DNA of 64,000 bases. It comes from an uncultured virus (IMG/VR IMGVR_UViG_3300027851_000013). Lineage: Duplodnaviria > Heunggongvirae > Uroviricota > Caudoviricetes. The stretch lies in the IMG/VR virus record IMGVR_UViG_3300027851_000013; one strand, given 5' to 3'. The notes beneath the pieces were generated by a model. It searched no databases and had not been told where the DNA came from. It saw only the letters and a program-made list of their open reading frames with translations. Of this stretch, positions 56,435 through 64,000 are shown piece after piece (position 1 is the first letter of the stretch; every line of letters begins with the position of its first letter). The position numbers and the translations under genes are program-made.

Positions 56435-57184
56435 ATGCCCATTCTTTCTGACAACGACGATAGTCTTGAGAATCATTCGATCAAGGGTTCCACCTACGGA
56501 TTCTCTGCGAAGAGAATCGACGACCTTGGCGCTGCCGAGTACACACTGGTAGGTATCGCCGTGGACTCGTCCTCCTCGGTGGTCGACTTCGAATCAGAGA
56601 TCAACAAGTGCATCCAAGAGATTGTAAAGGCTTGTCGCCTGTCGCCTCGTGCCGACAATCTTATGTTGCGTCTGGTCGAGTTCAATTCGAATCTATCGGA
56701 GATTCACGGGTTCAAGCCTCTTACAGAGTGCAATGTGGATGACTACACAGGTGCTGTTCGTCCTTCGGGTATGACCGCTCTCTACGATGCTTCGTGCAAC
56801 TTGGCTCAGTCCATCACTCAGTACGGAAAAGATCTGTCCGAGAACGACTTCTCTGTAAACGGGATTCTGTTCGTCATCACAGATGGAATGGACAACAGGT
56901 CCACTTTCACCCCTTCCTCGGTTGCCTCTGCAATTAAGGACGCTGTTCGAGCAGAAGCTTTGGAGTCCATGGTGACCGTTCTTATTGGCGTCAACATTCA
57001 GGACAAGAGCGTCAGTCAGTACCTCCAGTCTTTCAACAAGGACGCTGGATTCACTCAGTACGTGGAGTTGGACAAGGCAGACGCTAAGAGCCTGGCCAAG
57101 CTCGCGGCTTTCGTCTCGAAGAGCGTCTCGGCGCAAAGTCAGGCGCTAGGTACGGGCGGTCCGTCTCAATCACTCTCTTTCTGA
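56435..57184 (+). CDS. vWA-domain protein (TerY-like)
   Basis: DSSSSV, GMTALYDA, ITDGMDN. Confidence 0.85.
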   Translation: MPILSDNDDSLENHSIKGSTYGFSAKRIDDLGAAEYTLVGIAVDSSSSVVDFESEINKCIQEIVKACRLSPRADNLMLRLVEFNSNLSEIHGFKPLTECNVDDYTGAVRPSGMTALYDASCNLAQSITQYGKDLSENDFSVNGILFVITDGMDNRSTFTPSSVASAIKDAVRAEALESMVTVLIGVNIQDKSVSQYLQSFNKDAGFTQYVELDKADAKSLAKLAAFVSKSVSAQSQALGTGGPSQSLSF

Positions 57185-57208
57185 AGCCCTCAGCCCCAAT
57201 AATAATCT

Positions 57209-57814
57209 GTGGAGTACAGTATGAATTCAGACCATGCACCGGATGAAATAGGCTACAGAGCGTCGGACTACAACTCCTTCTGTCTCTCTGTGGGGTATGC
57301 AGAGTCTACCTTCTTAAGCTCCCTCACGTTTGTGTATCAAGGTGAGACTACAGAACTTCGACCCACCAAAGTAGAGGCGTGGAACGAGGCTTTTGATTCG
57401 CTTGCATCAGTACTTTTGGAATTCTCCGAAAGGAGGTTTGGAGGCAAGCACTCCTGTTGTGTAAGAATGCCTCCAGAGGCTATGTTCTGCTCCTCTTGCG
57501 GCGCGAACCTCTCATTCAGAAACGAATCTGAAGACGACTATAGGCACTTTGTGGTGCGTAATGCTTTGGGTTGGCTGTGGACGGCAGAGAACCACGAAAC
57601 ACCTGAAGAGATCGATTTTGACCAGGTGTGGTCTTCTGTGTATAACGAAGACGTGGTTATTCTGCGCTCATTCGTTCAGTATCGAGCTGAAGAATTCGTG
57701 GCCTGGTTTACCCACCATCGTAAGCATCTCAATAGATATTGGAACTCAAAGGTAGGGTTCTGGGATAACGTTTTCGTTGAACAGGTTTCTCCTTTTTCTA
57801 TGGTTGGAGGCTGA
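57209..57814 (+). CDS. hypothetical protein with zinc ribbon
   Basis: CC......FCSSCG. Confidence 0.5.
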   Translation: MEYSMNSDHAPDEIGYRASDYNSFCLSVGYAESTFLSSLTFVYQGETTELRPTKVEAWNEAFDSLASVLLEFSERRFGGKHSCCVRMPPEAMFCSSCGANLSFRNESEDDYRHFVVRNALGWLWTAENHETPEEIDFDQVWSSVYNEDVVILRSFVQYRAEEFVAWFTHHRKHLNRYWNSKVGFWDNVFVEQVSPFSMVGG

Positions 57815-58235
57815 ATGTCGGAAGATAGATTTTGGGTTGCTTTTCCTACAGATTTGTTTGAGGAGCAGGCTCCTGGGAGTGATGCTTCAGGTCACCCCAT
57901 CGTTCGTGTGACGGATGAGTTTATTGGACCATTTCAAGACGCTAATGAAGTCATTGCGGCTGTAGAGAGTCTTCCTTATGGTGACATGGCGGTGGTCGCT
58001 CAATGTGACGCTAGTGAGGGCATTTTGCCCTTCCTCGTTCTTACCGCAGCCTTTTCTGCCGTGAAAGCTGAGCCTGCCACCCTTCAGATTCGTGTACTTC
58101 ACCACTTTATCGTGACAGGTAAAGAATTCCCTACTGCAGAGGACACAGGTTACGCAACTAAGACAGTGGCGGAAGAGAAGAAATCTAACACTCGTCGCTC
58201 CTTGAGCCGCACAAAGAAGTGAGAGACTCGTACCA

Positions 58236-58721
58236 GTGGCTGCACGTGATAAGCGCCCCTCTGTGTGGACCTCCGCACGTATCCTCCGTGCTCTGTTGCG
58301 TACGGAGGATCTGTTCTCAACAGGGCGGGAACTTACACCAGTTCGTCACAACGAGCACCACACTGTAAACAGTGATGAAGACCTGGTCAGCCACTTGAGA
58401 TGGATGGTGTTGGCCCTACCTTCTCTAGTAGAGGAGGGTCATAAGGATAAGGCACTTCGTTGGCTGGGCTTCGTACAAGGAGCCCTGTGGGCTAAGGGTC
58501 TGGCCACCATATCAGATCTAAAGAGTTGCAACAGGGAAGAAGTACCTGTTGACCTAGAAGTAAACGACTTGGTCATTCTTGCTACGGAGCCTTCTCGCTC
58601 CTTTAGAGTGGCTAAGATATCCCACGGGTATGACCCTGGAACAGGACTTGCTCTTTTGCTTACTGAAGCAGAAGGCCACCGTCATGGGTGGGAAGACATA
58701 CAGCTTCTTCGTAAAAAGTGA
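58236..58721 (+). CDS. hypothetical protein
   Basis: KA.RWLGFVQG.LW motif. Confidence 0.55.
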   Translation: MAARDKRPSVWTSARILRALLRTEDLFSTGRELTPVRHNEHHTVNSDEDLVSHLRWMVLALPSLVEEGHKDKALRWLGFVQGALWAKGLATISDLKSCNREEVPVDLEVNDLVILATEPSRSFRVAKISHGYDPGTGLALLLTEAEGHRHGWEDIQLLRKK

Positions 58722-58749
58722 ACAACCTAAGAGAGAAACAGAAGAGAAC

Positions 58750-59388
58750 ATGACCAGCATTCAGACAGATAACAACAGCATCAAGACTCGCTACATTCGT
58801 AGTCGCAAGAACCCCGATCAAGTCATGACCCTTGTGACCAAAATCGACGGGGATACTCTTACTTTTGCCGTTGCAATCAATTCCCCGCCTCGTAAGCACG
58901 CCCTTGATCGCACAGGTCAGGTGGTGTGGGGCAGGACAGGGGACACTTTCTCTCGCAAGACAGGGTCTTCCATTGCTCTCGGACGTCTAGGCTGTGAGCG
59001 ATCTCGTCGTGTCGTGAAGTTCAATCAAGACGAACAGCACCCTCTCCAGGTGGCACTCAGTACCCTGTCCTCTCCAGAGGAGCAGAAGAAGAACCCCCTG
59101 GCTGCTCGCATCGCTTCGGCCCACATGGCAGACTTGGTCTCTTCGCTTCTTCGCAGCAAAAAGACTCCGAACAAGCCTAATGGCAATTACGAGCATGATC
59201 ATGCTCTTGTCATTCTTAAGCTGAAGGAGGCAAAGAAGGCAGCCAAGAAGGCCACTCCTGAGAAGACCCCTTCTAAGAAGGTTGCCTCTAAGAAGACTGC
59301 TCCTAAGAAGGTCACCAAGGTGAATTCCGAGGAGAAGCGGAAGCTGAACCATGCCCTAACCAAGGCACTCTCCAAGAAGTCCAAGTGA
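58750..59388 (+). CDS. basic protein with histone H1-like Lys/Ala/Pro tail
   Basis: D.FSRK.G..IA..R core; KKAAKKATPEKTPSKKVASKKTAPKK. Confidence 0.65.
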   Translation: MTSIQTDNNSIKTRYIRSRKNPDQVMTLVTKIDGDTLTFAVAINSPPRKHALDRTGQVVWGRTGDTFSRKTGSSIALGRLGCERSRRVVKFNQDEQHPLQVALSTLSSPEEQKKNPLAARIASAHMADLVSSLLRSKKTPNKPNGNYEHDHALVILKLKEAKKAAKKATPEKTPSKKVASKKTAPKKVTKVNSEEKRKLNHALTKALSKKSK

Positions 59389-59403
59389 CATTTTGAGTCT
59401 TAG

Positions 59404-59436
59404 GGAAAGGGGTGCTTCGGTGCCCCTTTTCTTTTT
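59404..59436 (+). terminator. intrinsic terminator
   Basis: AAAGGGGTGC-TTCG-GTGCCCCTTT followed by a T run. Confidence 0.7.
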
Positions 59437-59455
59437 CCTTCCTGTTGAGGTCCTT

Positions 59456-60298
59456 ATGCACAGCGATAGTTTTTTCACCATCGGGTCTACTCATAGAGTA
59501 TGTCAAGATTATGCCATGTCGGGCAGGACTCGATGGGGTAAGTCTTTTGCTATTTTGTCGGACGGATGCTCAGGAAGCCCCAATACCGACTTTGGTTCTA
59601 GATTTCTGACTAGAGCTGCGTATTGGGCACTCAATCAGTTCAACAACTCCTTTCCTTCTGGCAGTCTTCACATAACGGCCTCGGCCTTTGCCAGCCAGAT
59701 GGCCTCCTCTTGTAACATCGAGTTTGAATGTCTGGATGCTACCCTGCTCATGGCAGTGGAAGGAACGAGCGGAGAAAAGGAGGGCGTGTGGGCGTTGGTG
59801 TTTGGGGATGGCGTGGTGGCAGCACGTCATAGGCACAGCCACAAAATCACTCTGTACGCCATTGAATTTCCCCACGGCTACCCTGCCTATGTAAGCTACC
59901 TGTTGGACTTGGAGAGGCTTAAGGGATATGTCAAGCATACACAGGGCCAACCTGCGCTTCTTCACCATTATCGAGAAGGACTGGCAGAGGCCCCCTCTCC
60001 TCTCCCCTTCTTTGATCTTTCTTCGAAGGAGTGGTCCATTCCCTTTACCTGTTTCTTTCCGTCAGACGAGTACGACGTAATGGCACTTTTCTCTGACGGC
60101 ATTGAGTCTTTCAACTGTGCAGAAAAAGACGCGCAAACAGAACTTGGCCTGGCCGATTTAGTAGGTGAGTTTCTGTCCTTTAAGGGTCATGCAGGAGAGT
60201 TTGTAGTGCGCCGAGCCAAAAAGGCGATCTCCAAGCTGAAAGAACTAGGATATTCTCACACTGACGACTTTTCCATGGCTGCTATTCACATGGGGTGA
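59456..60298 (+). CDS. PP2C-like protein phosphatase
   Basis: G..H..CQD, SDGCS, DATL, GDG, SDG, TDDFS. Confidence 0.85.
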   Translation: MHSDSFFTIGSTHRVCQDYAMSGRTRWGKSFAILSDGCSGSPNTDFGSRFLTRAAYWALNQFNNSFPSGSLHITASAFASQMASSCNIEFECLDATLLMAVEGTSGEKEGVWALVFGDGVVAARHRHSHKITLYAIEFPHGYPAYVSYLLDLERLKGYVKHTQGQPALLHHYREGLAEAPSPLPFFDLSSKEWSIPFTCFFPSDEYDVMALFSDGIESFNCAEKDAQTELGLADLVGEFLSFKGHAGEFVVRRAKKAISKLKELGYSHTDDFSMAAIHMG

Positions 60299-60861
60299 GG
60301 ATGCTCTTCGTCATCGATATGCAGGATGAGTTTCTTCGTGAAGTTTCTTGCCTTGAATCGAAGTGGTCTTTTGTAGGGTCTGTCGCCTCTGTGGTGCGAA
60401 AAGCCAACGACAGGGACATTCCTGTAGTATTTGTGGAATATGTAGGCTACGGTAAGACTATTTCCGCTCTACAGGACGCTGCCAGAGGTCAGTTCACTGT
60501 GGTCAAAAAGAAAGACGACGATGGGTCTGACGAGATTCTTTCCTACTTGGAAGAAGAAGAGGGCATAGATCTGGACTCGCCCTCAAGTTACCCTAATCTC
60601 ACCTTTTGCGGAATCAATAGCGACGCCTGTGTTCTCCTTACGGTAGGAGGAGTTCTTCGACAAGGGTTCAACTGTCGCATTGTGCAGAAGGCTACAGCCA
60701 ACGCATGGGGGAAGATTTCCACCATTAACGATTCTGGCCTTGTTCGTATATGGAGAGACGCCTTCCGGCCCTTGGATCCTCACACAATGGTTAGACCGCC
60801 ACCTGCTGAGGGGTGGAAGCAGCCTATGAACAGAAGGCTACGTCTTATCAAACGCTTCTGA
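60295..60861 (+). CDS. isochorismatase-family cysteine hydrolase
   Basis: VIDMQ..F, KK.DDGS, CGINSDACV. Confidence 0.8.
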   Translation: MRMLFVIDMQDEFLREVSCLESKWSFVGSVASVVRKANDRDIPVVFVEYVGYGKTISALQDAARGQFTVVKKKDDDGSDEILSYLEEEEGIDLDSPSSYPNLTFCGINSDACVLLTVGGVLRQGFNCRIVQKATANAWGKISTINDSGLVRIWRDAFRPLDPHTMVRPPPAEGWKQPMNRRLRLIKRF

Positions 60862-60864
60862 GCC

Positions 60865-60882
60865 GAACCCTGGACATAATAA
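60865..60882 (+). promoter_or_regulatory. putative phage promoter motif (copy 7)
   Basis: GAACCCTGGACATAATAA. Confidence 0.55.
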
Positions 60883-61417
60883 GACCATGTCTCAGCATCT
60901 TTCCAGTTACAAAAAGCTGACTCGAATTCGAAGCAAGCACAACACTTCTGAGTCTCAGGATTTTTTGTTTTCGTCTTCGGACGCCCTGCGGATACGTCAA
61001 CTCATTGCGTATTCTCTTGTGGTATTTTTTGCTAAGTTGTATGGCAAAAAGGTACCTGATATTTCTTCTGTTCCGAAAGAGTTCTTGGAGCAGAAGAGAG
61101 TGAGAAAGCAAGCAAGAAAATGATACTGCATCTGGAGGTTTCATGCCTACACTCTTTTCTTTGTGGGTGGATAAGTGTCGTTCTCTTCTCCCTTCTTACT
61201 TTTCTCATGGGCCTAGGTCGTACGTCATGACAAAGCAAGAAGCCCATTACCTCCTGTTTCAGGATGCTGTTCTCTCTCGAAAGGAAGAGAACCTGAGCGT
61301 CTCCGAATGGGAGGAACGGATTACTGAGGAGCCCTTGTTGAGAGACGCATCTGACTTGGCTGGACAAACTGTCATCGATGCCATTACTTGTTTTGTGTGG
61401 GGATGGGATAGGTTCGT

Positions 61418-63118
61418 ATGAAGGTTACCATCAAGGGTAGCAACACAGAAGTTTCCCTAGGTAATTCTGATTTCTTAGCGTCGGGCGGAGAGGGGTCCGT
61501 TTACGTGAAGAAGGATATTGCCTTCAAGATCTACAACGACCCAGCCAAGATGATCCCGGCAAGCAAGTTTGCAGAGCTTGCCTCCATTACTAATCCAAAC
61601 GTAATAAGGCCCAAGGAAATCCTTTGTAATGGCGGGGGAAAACATATTGGCTATACCATGCGCTTTGTTAGAGACACGCTGTCCCTATGTCAGCTGTTTC
61701 CAAAGTCTTTTAAGGAGCGCGAAGGCCTGAGTCACTCCAAGGTAGCTTCTCTTGTGCAAAACATGAGAGATACCGTTGCAGACATTCACAAAGCTGGAGT
61801 GTTAGTTGTAGACCTCAATGAGCTGAACGTTTTGGTGTCTAAGGACTTTTCCGAGTCCTTTTGGATCGACGTAGACAGCTACCAGACTCCGCACTTCAAG
61901 GCTACTGCAATCATGCCGTCAGTGCGAGACCCACTGACTGCGAACCTAGACTTCACACCTCTCAGCGACTGGTACAGCTTTGGCATTCTGGCCTTTCAGT
62001 TGTTTGTGGGCATACATCCCTACAAAGGAAAGAGCAGCAAGTTCAAGTCTCTAGAGGACAGAATGAAGCACCACGTGAGTGTGTTTGATTCTTCTGTGTC
62101 TATTCCGAAAGTATGCTACTCGTTGGACGTCATTCCTGACGTATATCGTTCTTGGTTTCGCGCTGTGTTTCAGGACGGTAAGCGTCTTCCCCCTCCAGAT
62201 TCGATGCAGGCTACCGCAGTTCTTGCTTCGATTCTGCGGACGGTAGTTTCTTCGGGTAACTTGGATATTTCGGAGGTGAGTAAGCTAGCTTCCACCATTC
62301 GATCGTACCACTACGTCAACAGCTCGAAAGAGTTCTTTCACTGTGGAGGATCTGTAGTCACAGGGACGGGAACTAGTCTTTTCTCTTCTGATAGCAACGT
62401 TCACGTAGGAACTACACTAACGGGCGATGTTCCTGTGTTCGCCTTCACTCAGGGGTTGGACGTATCTCTGTGGGCCGAAGGAAAGAACGTACCTCTTGCT
62501 ATGCACGCAGAAGATTTGTCCTCCTACGACAACAGGCTGTACGTGAAGAACCGCGGGAAGGTATACGAAATTCTTCTGCACTGTGCTCAGAATATGGACG
62601 GCACCAACAAGGTGTTGGCCTCCGCCCACTCTCTCGCCTCTGTCCTAGAAAATGCGAGCAAGCTGTTTCAGGGCGGTGTGTATCAAAATATGCTAGGTTC
62701 TTGCTTTGTTTCCTTGTTTCCTCGGTCTAAGGCTGCCTATCAGGTGCGTATTCCTGAGCTGGACTCGGTTAAGTTTTTGTCGGCAAAATTCGACCGCGGT
62801 GTACTAATGGTCCTAGGTTCGAAAAAGGGAGTCTATTCTCGCTTTATTTTCAGGTTTACGGATGACTTTACGTCATATGACGTAAGAGAAGTAGAGAACG
62901 TGACTCCTACCGAGCTGAACTTTGTGACCATGGACTCTGGCGTTTGCGTATCCCTTACGGAGGACGAAAACCTTGAGTTGTTCTCCTCGAAGAAGGGGTC
63001 CACTTCCGTAAAGGTGATAGAAGACAGTATGCTAGGCGGAGACATGCTTCTTGTGAAGCGTGGGCCCAAGCTAGGGTTTATCAGAGGAAACTCTGTATTT
63101 GAAATGAAGATGAAGTGA
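61418..63118 (+). CDS. Ser/Thr protein kinase-like protein with C-terminal extension
   Basis: SGGEGSVY, AFKIY, H..GV.V.DLNELN.L, IDVDSYQ, SDWYSF, HPYKG. Confidence 0.88.
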   Translation: MKVTIKGSNTEVSLGNSDFLASGGEGSVYVKKDIAFKIYNDPAKMIPASKFAELASITNPNVIRPKEILCNGGGKHIGYTMRFVRDTLSLCQLFPKSFKEREGLSHSKVASLVQNMRDTVADIHKAGVLVVDLNELNVLVSKDFSESFWIDVDSYQTPHFKATAIMPSVRDPLTANLDFTPLSDWYSFGILAFQLFVGIHPYKGKSSKFKSLEDRMKHHVSVFDSSVSIPKVCYSLDVIPDVYRSWFRAVFQDGKRLPPPDSMQATAVLASILRTVVSSGNLDISEVSKLASTIRSYHYVNSSKEFFHCGGSVVTGTGTSLFSSDSNVHVGTTLTGDVPVFAFTQGLDVSLWAEGKNVPLAMHAEDLSSYDNRLYVKNRGKVYEILLHCAQNMDGTNKVLASAHSLASVLENASKLFQGGVYQNMLGSCFVSLFPRSKAAYQVRIPELDSVKFLSAKFDRGVLMVLGSKKGVYSRFIFRFTDDFTSYDVREVENVTPTELNFVTMDSGVCVSLTEDENLELFSSKKGSTSVKVIEDSMLGGDMLLVKRGPKLGFIRGNSVFEMKMK

Positions 63119-63359
63119 GGAAATGACCGATGCTTACTGAAGCTGTGACACAACCAAGACTTGTACTTTTTGCGTCCAAAGATGAGTACGATACGTTGTG
63201 TAGAGAAACGGAAAGCACCCGCCAAGATCCATTCACCCTAGGAGCAGCACGTAGACTTGGTGTTCCTTACGATAACGTGACGCCGTGGCAGCGTAGCCTG
63301 ATGAAGGTCACCTTCATGCACATTCTTTTGACCTCTCACTGATTCAAGGAGACTTACAC

Positions 63360-63770
63360 ATGCCTAAGAGAATTTCAGTCAACGTTGGTTTCATCACGAA
63401 TTCTAGTTCTTGCATCTTCTACTTTCCTAAGGAGGTGCTTGAGGACGAAACCGTGAAGGACTTTATGCAAAAGTACGAGCTTTCCACTGGCTGGGTGGGC
63501 TACGACCTGTGGGCCCGAAGTTCTTGTGATTCCTTCCTGGTCACCAGAGAACAAAAGGAAGAGGCTCTCTCCCAGTTGGTAGATGAGTATTATTCGTATG
63601 AACATCTCAATGGAGTAATCGATCCAGAGAGTGAAGGAGTCTACATCATCTATGGAGACGAGTACGAGGATACCGTTCACTTTCTCTCTAGAATTTTGGG
63701 CTCTGCTCTCAGGAAGCTGCAAGAGGCAAACCCCGACCTTCCTGGCGGCTACATAACCGACTATAATTGA
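63360..63770 (+). CDS. conserved phage hypothetical protein
   Basis: GFITNSSS motif; AGGAG RBS. Confidence 0.6.
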   Translation: MPKRISVNVGFITNSSSCIFYFPKEVLEDETVKDFMQKYELSTGWVGYDLWARSSCDSFLVTREQKEEALSQLVDEYYSYEHLNGVIDPESEGVYIIYGDEYEDTVHFLSRILGSALRKLQEANPDLPGGYITDYN

Positions 63771-64000
63771 TGATCTGCATATTCATTTCTTCGGACAGGT
63801 ACATTCCTAGTATAAGAGATGACGTACCTGATCACGGAGTAGTGTATGATGAGAAGGCGGAGACCATCACCGTATGTGTACGTGCAGACCTTCCTTCTCT
63901 TGCCTTGGTAGACCTGAGGAACTCCTTAGAGTGCTTACAGGGATACGCATGGCATGACAACTACCCCTTGCTAATAAGCAAATTGGTAGAGTCTCACCTA

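Overview
This window is a 64-kb segment of a large (jumbo-type) dsDNA bacteriophage genome. Genes are densely packed, almost all on the + strand, use the standard code, and no virion genes are evident. It is unusually RNA-centred: about 22 intact tRNA genes, two tRNA genes split by HNH endonuclease insertions (one carrying a nested replacement tRNA-Pro), a Ro60/TROVE protein with seven dispersed Y RNA-like genes that share a terminal stem but have different inner domains, a roughly 400-nt RNA with two circularly permuted tRNA-like modules, and several further tRNA-like or structured ncRNA candidates. It also encodes an RlaP-like nucleotidyltransferase next to an HNH-fused RNA ligase, NAD-salvage enzymes (PncA-, PncB-, CinA- and NMNAT-like), a dispersed vWA/PP2C/kinase (TerY-P-like) set, an intein-split ATP-dependent DNA ligase, ThyA, RNase H, AlkB, a radical SAM enzyme, many homing endonucleases and a seven-copy putative phage promoter motif. 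All calls come from reading motifs and base-pairing by eye, with no database searches or folding computations. Many small hypothetical ORFs are not listed individually.
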